This document shows positions 25,286-37,454 of a DNA stretch of 64,000 nucleotides, piece after piece. A program made the translations under genes and the position numbers. Positions within the stretch are counted from its first letter, which is position 1. Each line of letters begins with the position of its first letter. This stretch comes from Octopus sinensis (lineage: Eukaryota), in the NCBI RefSeq assembly GCF_006345805.1, contig NC_043009.1, positions 44,454,001 through 44,518,000 of the forward strand. Reading direction: 5' to 3'. Under the pieces are notes generated by a model. That model did no database searches. It was not told the origin of the DNA and worked only from the letters and a program-made list of their open reading frames with translations.

Positions 25286-26487
25286 ATGTTTACCAAAATA
25301 TTTTAATATTTGTAAACACACTTCAAAAATATTTGAAATGTTTGACATTATAAGCTTTGTTATTAAATGTACAACATTAAACAGTACCCTTCATCATGTA
25401 GTATTATTATCAACCCTTCACACTCACACAGAGTTTAGCGTTGATTGTTCACTACCATTTTGATTTTCAAACGTGTTGCTAAATTGAAGTCTGGTTTTCT
25501 TTATTACTTAACCTTGGTCACTTTTAATCTTTGGCCCCTAAATCCATGTGTTGGTGTATTTCTAAGTCATGACCTTTCCCTCTTAAGTTTTTTCACCTAT
25601 GTTTATTCTGACCTACATATGTCTGTCTATCTGTGTGTGTGTGTTTATATATATATATATTATATAAAAGCTACCATTTATGACTAAACCTCTTTCCACT
25701 GTTAACTTTAACCACATTACTGATATTTATTTATTTATTGCAGTTTACTATCCATTTTTCCAGACTAACCTACTGAGGGGCTGTATTTATAAATTTGGAG
25801 AGCTGCACATGTTGTGCTAACTGTTTGTACAGCTGCATATTCTTCTTAACGCTAAACATTTACTCTATTTTCAGTTGTATGAACTGAGGTATGTTGAGTA
25901 ATGTGTTGTTGTCTCATGACACATCATAATAATTGTAAGGGCATTTGATCTCAAGATCTTCCTGTGAATAGTCTCCACTCACATGGATGTCCAGTGCTTT
26001 GTATACACCCTCACACCCTTGTAGATGACTATAATAGACTCTCTCATAAACAACATATGAATGTCTAGTTTTTTTCTTTTTTTTTTTTTGATCAACAGAA
26101 CCATCTGCTCCTTGAAATAGCATGTCAAGTGGTTGCGTATTCCACTGAGATGTCCCCTTAATGTAATTCTTACAGCATGTGACGAGGAAAGTCCTTTAGC
26201 TTGCAAGGAGATTGTTATCCTCAATAACAATCTCCTTGTGTTTTACAAGACTATACAACCATTAAGCATATCATTATTATCATCATCATTTAATGTCCAC
26301 TTTTTCATGCCTGCATAGGTCAGGCAGGATTTCTTGAGGCTGATTTTTCTATGGTCAGATGCCCTTCCTGTTTGTGGTCAATCCTCACCTGTTTCGAATC
26401 ATGGTAATGTTTACCCATGGCCAGACATGTTTTCCATGCAAGACTGTAAATGAACAACCTTGCTCATTTACCACCATCACATGATAT

Positions 26488-26712
26488 GTAACCCTTTAGT
26501 ATTTAAAGAGGCCATATCCAGCCCAAATATTCTACCTGTTTTATGCTCAAACTGACCCTATTTGGTCTCTCATACCTACTCTTCAATGTCATACTAAAAA
26601 TATACTCTCACATCATTGAAACCTAAAAGCTGTAAGATTACACATGATTAATTGAAAGCAAATGTAAATAAATAAGCATTACGTTTGATAGAATAATCTA
26701 AATACTAAAGAG
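26488..26712. mobile_element. piggyBac-like MITE family 2
   Basis: accctttagtatttaaa ... aatactaaag. Confidence 0.68.
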
Positions 26713-26861
26713 ATAGACACACACACACACACACACAGAGGCTTCAGTTTCTGTCCATCAAAACCACTTACAGGGGCTTTGGTAGGCTTGAGACTTTAGT
26801 AGAAGACACTTGCCCAAGGTGCCATACAGCGGGACTGAACCCAATACCATGTGGTTGGGAT

Positions 26862-27420
26862 GCATTCTTATTGTAGCCAAGATTGCATCTGAAACACTTG
26901 GTCCTCCTCTTCAGAAATCAGAAAATACTTCAACCTCTAAGAACCTTACATAGCACAGGTAAGAGGTGTTGTGGAATACTGCTCCCACATCTAGGATGGT
27001 GGTGGTGCTGCTGCTGCTACTACTATACACATTGTAGACTGAGTCTGAAGAAAGGCCACTTGGCTGATTGGCATGAAGTTACTTGCAGACACACTCTAGT
27101 CCCTGGCCCACAGGTGTGCTGTCTCCTCTCTCTACCATTTCTACTGCTACTACAATGGTTTCTGCTCTTTAAAACTGGCTTCTCCCATACAACTTTCATT
27201 TAGGCACTCTTGACTCGCTCATATTGTGTCCAACATTCCAGATCTTGCACTAGCTACTATTCTTCCTGTCCTCTCTTCAGACATCAGTTCTCCCTCCTGA
27301 ACAACCTTCTGCAAAACGTTTGAAGTATAACTCTTATGAAATATACTACCAATGTCTTTTAATTAATTTTGAATATAATCAAGAATCTAGAAGCATTTAG
27401 TGAAATATCTTTATTATTAA
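26862..27420 (+). mobile_element. Decayed CR1-group (L2/Crack/Daphne-like) LINE 3' part
   Basis: Frameshifted remnants resembling VEYCSHIW..AIRLIG..HR.AVSSL.FY.YY.G, the post-RT domain of CR1-group elements. Confidence 0.6.
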
Positions 27421-28536
27421 ACTGATGTTTGAAACCTAAAAAGAAAAAAAGATAGTACTTATATTTTGTATTGTAGAACCAGGGTGGTCTTGAACAGGTT
27501 AGTATTAATGTGTGAGGCATCACAGTGAACCAAATTGATAATGTCAGTTTAATAACTGGAATGTTGACAGTTCATATCCTTCCTGTTGCTTTTTCACTGC
27601 AGTAGTAACCTTTAAGAAAAGGTAATGGAAATAGTTTAACTGTCTTCTTCTTCATCATTTTGAGTTCCTCTCCTTTCTTTGGGGCCACCACCAGCAGGGC
27701 CTCCTATAGAAATTTAGCAAGGCAGAACAAGATACTTTCAGGCTCTGGAAGAACACTCTCAAAATTCAGCTGGCTGTGAGTTTATTTTTTAGGGTGGGGC
27801 CTTGGCAGATAGTTATGGGCTCTTTCTTGGCTACATGCTGATACATTGGGCTGTGATCTAAATGAGGAGCTAAATTGAATAATGTAGTCCTTGATATACA
27901 AAAAAAAAACAAAAAAAAAACAGTCACAGTTGCAATGGTTTTGATTGTAGTTTGTTCCATTCAGGGCCACCTTGGGATTAAACAACCTCCACCAATTCAT
28001 TTTATTCATTATATAAAATTCACTCTTACCAACACAGACCACCATAACCACCAGCACCATTGCCACCAGTCTCCTTAAATTTTAGTGATTATATTTACAC
28101 AGCATGTAGTCCTGTGTTTGTTGCTCTGTGTGCCAAACAGCCCAGTCCTACATGTGTTTATACAATTACATGCACTTTCTCTCTCTCTCTCTTTCTCTCT
28201 CTCTCTCCCTCCCTCGAATGTGAACCTTAATGTGGTTGATATTCATTTACTGTTGCAATTAATTAGTATAAGTGTACTCATGTAATACAAGTAATCTAAC
28301 GTAATTGGTACACTTCTAATGAATGATTTTGTTTATTGTAACAACAAACTAAAACGATGTTCGTTATAGAGTTGTCCCAGAAACAACTGATCAAGCAGTG
28401 CACGCAATTGCCCTAGCTGTAACTACCTTACCTTTAATATGGCATATACATATCTTTAAAATTCAGATTCAAAATAAACCATTCCATCCTTCCTACCCGC
28501 AAAATTAAAGGTTGGTTCATATTTGAAAGACAATCA

Positions 28537-28768
28537 GGGTGGCGAGCTGGCAGAAATGTTAGCACGTCAGGCGAGATGCTCAGCAGTATTTCATCTGCCG
28601 TTCCGTTGTGAGTTCAAATTCCGCCAAGGTCGACTTTGCCTTTCATCCTTTCAGGGTTGATAAATTAAGTACCAGTTACGCACTGGGGTCGATGTAATCG
28701 ACTTAATACCTATGTCTGTCCTTGTTTGTCCCCTCTATGTTTAGCCCCTTTTGGGTAATAAAGAAATA
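28537..28768 (+). mobile_element. SINE family B, full length
   Basis: ggcgagctggcagaa...gagttcaaattccgcc...agccccttttgggtaataaagaaata. Confidence 0.92.
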
Positions 28769-29587
28769 GGTATATGGTTGAACATTTAAACACTATACTG
28801 TCTACCACATATTCCCTATTTTGCTTTACTTGCCTATCCTCTCCTCTTCAGTTTCTCTTTCTATCGCTCTCTTTCCTCTCTATCTCTCTTTTTCTTCCTT
28901 CTTTTCCTATTTACCTACCCCTATCCTGCCTCCTTTCATTTCTTTATCCCTTGCTTTCTTCCATCCACACTCTTTCCTTCCTCTTCTAGCCTACTTTCTT
29001 TCTTCCTCTCTTCTGTTATACTTCTCTTTCTTTTTCTCATATTTCTTCAACCTCCCCCACTCCTCACTTATGCTTTTGTTGCTCCTCCTCTTCTCATCTC
29101 CCCCCTACACTCATTACTCTCTCTCTGTCTTAGTATTTTTCATTCTCTTTTGCTCAATACACAATATTATAAAATTTACTTTTCTCTATTTTCGTTGTTG
29201 TTTAGTTCTAAGTAAGCCACGGTTGAGAGACCACACAGTCAAAAGCATTCCAACCACAACCATTCTATACCATTTCAACTTAATTCCAGATATCAAACAA
29301 CTAGGGCCACATTATTCATGTCCACCGCTTTTTCTTTTTAAAAAGATCATGTGGTGTGATTTGAGGGTGATTTAACTACTTTTTCTAGCCGATTGAAACC
29401 ATGTAGTGACCCCTTGGTGGATTGTATGTGTACCATGTTCTAGTTCTTTTACAAGTGTCTTGTCTTTTTCATTCTCAAAGTACTTTCTTTGTTTCTTTCC
29501 TTTCATCCTTCGAAAGCCTGTACCCTCTCTCTCTCACACACACACGCCCAAACATGCCATACACACATACACATATATGTATAAATA

Positions 29588-29649
<62 letters not shown>

Positions 29650-29877
29650 CAGTCTATTAAAAGATTTTGATTTTGATTTCTTCTTGGAATGCTTTGATCT
29701 GAGATTCCATTTTCAAAAACAGAAGTATCAAAAAGAAAAAAGAAAAAAAAATCAAACAAACAATTTGTGATGTAGAAATGTCAGCAAAATATCAGAAACA
29801 TAAATAGGAACACTGATATGTAGCAAGTGGACACAGAACGGATGTCTGTGGAATTGATGTTTTTTTTTAAAGATTGG

Positions 29878-30392
29878 TCATAGGTGCAGGTGTGGCCATA
29901 TGGTAAGAAACTTGTTTCCCAACCACATGGTTCCAAGTTCAGTCCCACTATATAACATTTTAGGCAAGTATCTTCTACTATATCCCTGGGTTGACCAAAG
30001 CTTTGTGATTGTGGATTTGGTAGAAGGAAACTGAAAGAAGCCTTTCTTACCAGCCACATGGTTCCGGGTTCAGTCCCACTGCGTGGCACCTTGGGCAAGT
30101 GTCTTCTACTATAGCCGACCAAAGCCTTGTGAGTGGATTTGGTAGACGGAATCTGAAAGAAGCCCGTCGTATATATGTATATATATGTGTCTGTGCTTGT
30201 CCCTCCAACATCGCTTGACAACCAATGCTGGTGTGTTTACGTCCCCGTAACTTAGCAGTTTGGCATAAAAGACTGATAGAATAAGTACTAGGCTTACAAA
30301 GAATAAGTCTTGGGGTCGATTTGCTTGATTAAAGGCAGTGCTCCAGCATGGCTGCAGTCAAATGACTGAAACAGGTAAAAGAATAAAAGAAT
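29878..30392 (+). mobile_element. Two stacked SINE family A copies (older head plus younger body)
   Basis: The head motif occurs twice, at ~29885 and ~30050. Confidence 0.82.
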
Positions 30393-31412
30393 ATATACAT
30401 ACATAACAACAATAATTCTAGGATGGAGTTTATAAATATTTGATACATCACTACGCACATTTCCATAAATCACATGATTTTGACACAGTGTTGATATCCT
30501 TGGGATTAGTATAGTATAGTCTGTATTGTATACATACATATACCTAGGTATGTATGTGTATTTGTCCCTCGCTACCACCGACAACCTGTGTCGGTTTGTT
30601 TATGTCCCTTTAACTTAGTGGTTCAGCAAAAGGGGCTGATAGAGTAAGTACCAGGTTTCAAAGAGATGAATAAATAAATAAGTACTGGGGTCAATTTGTT
30701 CGACTAAACCCTTCGAGGCAGTGTCCCAGTGTGGCTGCAGTCCAATGACTGAAACAAGTAAAAGATAAGGGATTCATGTTTGGGGTGATATTAGTCACAA
30801 AGGATTCATAATTATTGTTTGTTGGGATTAGGGCTGTAAGTGCCTAAGGTTGAGACATCGACCGATGATGATGATTTATAAAATAATGATAATGTTTATC
30901 TGTCCTTGTCGATGATGACCAAAGACATCATCACATGGGGGAAGAAAATGAGTCACCGTGCATCCAACTGTAGCCGATCAGACTAATTAAGTAATAGATA
31001 AAAACTGGCCCTACAGATCCATAAGGTTTGTGAAAGGATTGACTAATTAATCTTATTTATTTCAGTGGTAGAGTTACTCTGTTGCTAAGCACAAGCATGA
31101 CTGTGTGGTTGAGAATTTTACGACACAACCATGTAGTTTGGGATTTAGTTCTGCTGCATGACAAGTATCTTCTACTATATCCCTAGGCTGACCAAAACCA
31201 AATCAGTGGATTTGGGAGATGGAAACTGTAAGAAGCCTGTCATATATATAGATATGGGTTTGTGTGTGTGTTTGTATGTGTGTGCTTGTTTTGACATGGC
31301 ATGCAAATTGTAAGCAAATAGGTGCAGATGTGGCTGTGTGGTAAGAAACTTGCTTCCCAACCACATGGTTCTTGGTTCTACTATAGACTTGGTGTCTATA
31401 TACATGGTGTGT

Positions 31413-31629
31413 GTGGCCGTTTGCCAGACTCGTCTGGCACCTGTGCCGGTGGCACGTAAAAAGCACCCACTACACTCATGGAGTGGTTGGCATTAGGAAG
31501 GGCATCCAGCCATAGAAACATTGCCAGATCAAACTGGGCCTGGTGCAGCCTTCTGGCTTCCCAGACCCCAGTTGAACCGTCCAACCCATGCTAGCATGGA
31601 AAGCGGACGCTAAACGATGATGATGATGA
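31413..31629 (+). mobile_element. RTE 3'-end fragment, tail-to-tail with the 31630 element
   Basis: About 90% identical to the reverse complement of 31630-31849; ends in ggacgctaaacgatgatgat. Confidence 0.9.
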
Positions 31630-33280
31630 TCATCATCATCATCATCATTTAGCGTCCGTTTTCCATGCTAGCATGGGTTGGACGGTTCTACTGGGGTCTG
31701 TGAAGCCAGAAGGCTTCATCAGGCCCAGTCAAATCTGGCAGTGTTTCTACGGCTGGATGCCCTTCCTAACGCCAACCACTCCGTGAGTGTAGTGGGTGCT
31801 TTTTACGTGCCACCCGCACTGGTGCCAGACAGAGCTGGCAAACGGCCACGAACGGATGGTGCTTTTTATGTGCCACCGGCACGAGGGCCAGGCGAGGCTG
31901 GCAACGGACACGAAACGGGGCGGTGCTGGCAACGGTCGCGAAACGGAAAGTTCTCTTACATGCCACCGGCACTGGTAACACATCTGCAATTTCCATTGAT
32001 CGATTTCCATTGATCGATTTCGATTCTGATCCTCACTTGCCTCAATGGGTCTTCACAAGCAGAGTTTCGACATGCCACCGGCACTGGTAGCACATCCGCA
32101 ATTTCCATTGATCGATTTCGATTCTGATCCTCACTTGCCTCAACACGTCTTCACAAGTAGAGTTTTGTGTCCCAAGAAGGGAAGGTATGCATACGTAGGC
32201 TGGCTCCATCCCATGTAGAAGGCCACGGGTTGTGGAATCACTTGTCCTGCCGGGTCTTCTCGCGCACAGCACACTTCCAGAGGTCTCGGTCTCTAGTCAT
32301 TTCCTCAGTGAGACCTAAAGTTCGAAGGTCGTGCTTCACCACCTCGTCCCAGGTTTTCCTGGGTCTGCCTCTTCCACAGGTTCCCTCAACCGCTAGGGTG
32401 TGGCACTTTTTCACACAACTATCTTCATCCATTCTCGCCACATGACCATACCAGCGCAAACGTCTCTCTTGCACACCACAACTGATGCTTCTTAGGTCCA
32501 GCTTTTCTCTCAAGGTACTTACACTCTGCCGAGTGTGAGTACCGGCATTACACATCCATCGGAGCATACTGGCTTCATTTCTAGCGAGCTTACGCATATC
32601 CTCAGCAGTCACGGCCATGTTTCACTGCCATGTAGCATGGCTGTTCGTACACACGCATCATACAGTCTGCCTTTCACTCTGTGCGAGAGGCCTTTTGTCA
32701 CCAGCAGAGGTAAGAGCTCTCTGAACTTTGCCCAAGCTATTCTTACTCTAGCAGTTACACTTTCAGCACACCCACCCCCGCTGCTGACTTGGTCACCTAG
32801 GTAACGGAAACTATCAACTATTTCTAGTTTTTCTCCCTGGAAAGTGACGGAAGTTGGTCTCAGAGCATTTTCAGTGTTTATTGTTCCTGAGCATCTGCCA
32901 CATACAAAAACCATCTTCCTAGTTAGCCTTCCTTTGACATTGCTGCATCTCTTATGTGTCCATAGCTTACACTTGGTGCATCTTATAGAGTTTCTACCTA
33001 CACCTTTTCTACAGATCGAGCAGGGCCATCTACCTGAAGGTGTTTGTGATTTGTCTACCTTCCTACTGATTACGACTTTGGTTTTAGCTAGATTGACTCT
33101 GAGGCCCTTCGATTCTAATCCTTGTTTCCACACCTGAAACTTCTCCTCCAGTTCTGATAGCGACTCAGCAATTAGAGCAAGGTCATCAGCATAGAGGAGC
33201 TCCCAAGGGCATCCTGTCTTGAATTCCTCCGTTATTGCCTGGAGGACTATGATAAATAGGAGGGGGCTGAGTACTGAGCC
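31630..33280 (-). mobile_element. RTE-clade LINE, 5'-truncated, young copy
   Basis: Minus strand encodes GSVLSPLLF...LLYADDL...FRYLG...LYDACVRTAMLHGSETW...LRWYGHVARM...GRGRPRKTW, typical RTE RT and C-terminal motifs. It is followed by a ~600-bp 3' UTR and a (GAT)n tail at ~31630, and is truncated at 33280 next to (TA)n. Confidence 0.95.
32238..33280 (-). pseudogene. RTE reverse transcriptase C-terminal half with a single 1-nt frameshift near 32615
   Basis: The frame is open from 33280 through track ORF 32609..33133. TGGCCGTGA in place of the expected TGG GCC GTG shifts it into ORF 32238..32618. The YADD motif is at ~33185-33196. Confidence 0.92.
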
Positions 33281-34047
33281 TTATATATATATATATATGC
33301 ACACATACAGTCTATTAAAAGATTTTGATTTTGGAATTCTTTGATCTGTGATTCCATTCTCAAAAAAAAAAAAGAAAGAAAAACCCCAAAAATCAAACAA
33401 ACAATTTGTGATGTAGAAATGTCAGCAAAACATCAATAACATAAATAGGAACAAATCCTTCCACACACACACATACACACAAACAAACTAACCCGTTTCA
33501 AATATGAACCAACCAACACCTTGTGAGTGGATTTGATAGACGGAAACTGAAAGAAGCCCATCAAATGTGTGTGTCTTTGTGTCTGTGTTTGTTCCCCACC
33601 ACCACATGACAACTGGTGTTAGTGTGTTTACATCTCTATAACTTAGCAGTTCAGCAAAAGAGATCAATAGAATAAATTGTAGGCTTAGAAAAAAAGGTAC
33701 TGGGGGTCAATCAATTCAACTAAAAAGAGAAATATTATCTTGTTTGGAGACAGTTGAAGGTTGGCAACAGGAAAGGCATCTAGCTGTAGAAAATTTGCCG
33801 TAACAAATTTTGCTAGACCTATGTAAGCAAAGAAAAATGTATCTTAAAATGACGAGGAAGGGGATTTTTAACACCGACAATTATCTCTTGGATACTTTTA
33901 TCCCAAGTTCCACTCTGTTGCAAGCATTTGGTATTGGTCTCTGATCTCAGAATATCTTAAGATCTTACTCCCTTTCTCTTGTTAGTCTTAAGTTCACTGG
34001 TACTAACCACGCCTCCTCTGACTAAACAATACATGTTTAAAAAAAAA

Positions 34048-34178
34048 TTATGTGGTTGTGTGGTAAAGAAGCTTGTTTCCCAACCACATGACCCCTTGGG
34101 CAAGTGTCTTCTACTATAGCCTCCAGCTGACCAAATGAGTGAGTGGATTTGGTAGACAGAAAGTGAAAGAAGTCCACC

Positions 34179-34245
<67 letters not shown>

Positions 34246-34410
34246 TACATATGTGTGTGTGTGTGTGTGTATCTTTGTATCTGTGTTTGTTCCCCACCAC
34301 CACTCGACAACTGGTGTTGGTGTGTTTGCATCCCTGTAACTTGGCAGTTCAGCAAAAGAGATCTGTAGAATAAATACCAAGTTTAAAAAATAAGTACTGG
34401 GGTCGTTTCA
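34048..34410 (+). mobile_element. SINE family A
   Basis: Head, expanded (TA)n/(TG)n centre and tail. Confidence 0.8.
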
Positions 34411-34509
34411 TTCGACTAAAAGTTCAAGCGAAATAGTAAATTGAGTCTACAGTAGTATTTAATGGATCCATGAAAAACTTTTGATGCATTGTTGCCAAAA
34501 AAGTTTTGG

Positions 34510-34927
34510 TTTTTACATGCCACCAGCTAACTGGCTTCCATGCCGGTGGCTCATAAAAAGCACCACTTGAGCGTGATTGTTACCAGCATCACCTTACTGG
34601 CACTTGTGCTGGTGGCATGTGAAAAAAAAAAATTTGAGTGAGGCCAGTGCCACTGGACTGGCTCCTGTGCAGGTGGCACATAAAAAACACCATTTGAGCG
34701 TGGCTGTTGCCAGTACCGCCTGACTGGTCCTCATGCCGGTGGCATGTAAAAGCACCCACTACACTCTCAGAGTGGTTAGCGTTAGGAAGGGCATCCAGCT
34801 GTAGAAACTCTGCCTGATCAGATTGGAGCCTGGTGCAACCATCTGGTTCGCCAGTCCTCAGTCAAATCGTCCTGTCCATGCTAGCATGGAAAGCGGACAT
34901 TAAACGATGATGATAATGATGATGATG
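34510..34927 (+). mobile_element. RTE 3'-UTR fragment (diverged subfamily)
   Basis: ggtggca units, gaagggcatccagctgtagaaa block and (GAT)n tail. Confidence 0.82.
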
Positions 34928-35941
34928 TACTGTTGCCAAAAAAAAAAAAACCAGCTAGGTTTCCTTCTCTGATGTTTCACATAGTTCAAGCTACACATGT
35001 GAATGTGTGATAAACAGAATAGGAATTTTAAAGGAATCATCTGTAAAACAAGTTTTAAGCTTGAATAGCTAGTGGGTGGGTTGTTTTATTTGGGGTCCAC
35101 CAGAATAAAATAGTAATCAAAGGGGTCTGTAGATAAAAAATGGTTGAGAACCACTGGCCTAAAGTCTATAAAATAGAATTATATTCATTAATTTTTTTTC
35201 TTAATGCTAGTTATTCCACGCTACCTTTCATAAATAAATGGAGTATATTTCCAGAACATGTCTGCTTAGTACTTCATTGGTTGAAACACTCATTAGATAG
35301 CTAAGTACACTTAAGTCTCGCTCCTTCAAACTGTGTCTAAATTGGACCCACTCTACATATTGTATACTTACTCATTGTGTGTATATATTGTATGTGTATC
35401 TTTTTGTATTCCTATACTCTGCAGACAACAAAGATAGGTTTCTGCGTATACATGTACATACAGATGTTTGTTTTTAGTATCTTATTTATATATGATTCTG
35501 TATAAATTAACAAATTTATTAAAATTGCTAGAAGTGTTTCTCGTTTATAATTTTTGCGGTTTTTAAGATTGAAGAGGCTTTAAGTTGCTTAAGGAATATT
35601 GTCTCTCACTGGAATTTTGACTACTCTTGAATTCACTTAATGCCAAGTGAGTGATTGACTTGAATTTGATAAGTTATTTCACTTGAGATAATTTAGATAA
35701 AGTCGATCATTTTTCTCAAAATATATCAATTTGGTTTTTAACTGTGTACAAAACCTAGACTGCAAACTGCCATCATTTTTATAACCTTTGAAATTTGAAA
35801 CTGGTGATTAAAAACTGGACAGTATAAGTTGTAGGATTAATAGTAATCAGGTCAAAGGTCAGTTTAGTACAGTTTTTTTTTTCTCTTTTGATATATATTG
35901 TTAGCACTATTCAGAAGTCTCTTATTTACAATATTTACACT

Positions 35942-36165
35942 ATTTTGTTGTCTTAGGAGAGTCATTATTATCCTCATAATGATAACACACACACAGTTTA
36001 AATTCTAATTATTTTTAGTTAATTGGTTAAATATCTAATACCTACTAAACAAACAATTGATTTGTTAGTTGGTTAGATATTTAACCAATTAACTAAAATA
36101 AAGTAGAATTTAAGCTGTGCATATGTTGTTATTGGTGTAATGACTCTCTCAAGAAACAACAAAAT
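35942..36165. repeat. ~225-bp imperfect palindrome (MITE-like fold-back)
   Basis: 26-bp perfect inverted core at 36013-36038 / 36073-36098; outer arms attttgttg..gagagtcatta / taatgactctc..caacaaaat. Confidence 0.85.
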
Positions 36166-36484
36166 TTGTTTCAACCCTCGAATTTACATAAAAAATTTTG
36201 CAAACCAAATACAAGGTCTTATATGTTGTTGTTGTTGTTAGTATCAGGTTAGCCTTGATTGAGCAGACTTAATGTGTGTTGCCTTGTTTTAAGCCCTCAA
36301 CTTTCAATGGAGTTGTAGTGGCACTGTCTTTACATATAGCCTGTCTTAGGCATTGTTTAGACATGGTGGAGCCCATCCCACTCCAGATCTGACCACAGTC
36401 AGGAGAAAAAGGCAGATAAGGAAGAGAAGAACCAGTCTCAACACAAGCCTGGTACTTTATTTATTGGCTTTGAAGGAATAGAAA

Positions 36485-36713
36485 TTAACCCTTTAGTGTT
36501 CGCATTATTCTGCCAAAATTAATGCTTCTTCATCCACATTGTTTTGAATTAATCATGCATTATCTTGTAGCTATGAGATTTTGATGAGGTAACTGTTAAT
36601 TTTTTAAACAATATTGTAGGGTTGGTGTGAGAGACCAGATAGGGCTAGTTTGAACATAAAACAGGCAGAATATTTTTGGCCGGATATGGCCAGTTTAAAT
36701 GCTAAAGGGTTAA
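36485..36713. mobile_element. piggyBac-like MITE family 2, clean copy
   Basis: TTAA-ccctttag ... ctaaaggg-TTAA, 229 bp. Confidence 0.85.
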
Positions 36714-37454
36714 AGATAACCTCTGTGTTATTTGAACTTAAGATGCAGAGTGCTGGGACGAATACTGAAAAGCAATCTATCCAATGCTTTATTTCTTAGT
36801 TAACTCACTACTTACATCGCTAGCTAGGACTTTTTTAACCAATATGTTTTTGATGGAATTCAAGAATGATTTAGCTACTATTTCTTACAGACCAAGCAAA
36901 TGTGGAGAAGCTCCCCCTGTTGACTTGTTGCATAAAGATCCCCTTCATTGGTTTGCTATATGGAAGCTCCATGTTTGATGTCTTGTCTTGTTTCCATCTT
37001 TTTGTTGTGTGTTATATAGACAATATGTACAGACTTTAGTCTTTCTATTTTATATTTTGTAAATCACCTATGAACTATGTTATTGTCTTCTTCTTCTTCT
37101 TCTTCCAATCAGGACTCATGCCATTAGCCACAAAGAATAATCTCTAATTCGAGCCTACTCTAAGCTACTAAGAATGCATGTGGCAACTTGAAGATCCACC
37201 CATCACACGCGATAGACTGGCAGTTGCACAGGCACAAAAGCTACGTTGTTATCCTCATTCCATAACCGGTGGCTTTTAACAGGTGGAGAGTTGAACCATC
37301 CTGGGGTACAGAGGATTCGCAATCTAGACTAGGGTCTGAAAGTTTACCACACCATAATGGGTAACACCATGGTTCCTCTACTTTGTGGCAGAAGTAAGAA
37401 GAAAGAGTGAGAGAAAGTTGTGGTGAAAGTACAGTGGTGGTGAAAGTGTACAGT

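Noticed and set aside
27600-27780. Short exon-like frames (e.g. GPAGGGPKERRGTQNDEEEDS* on the minus strand)
   Set aside because: Frames are open on both strands, splice support is weak and no family is recognisable.
28240-28340. TAAT/TAATTA clusters as homeodomain enhancers (also ~2620, ~10360 and ~39650)
   Set aside because: These are expected by chance at this AT content and cannot be supported without conservation data.
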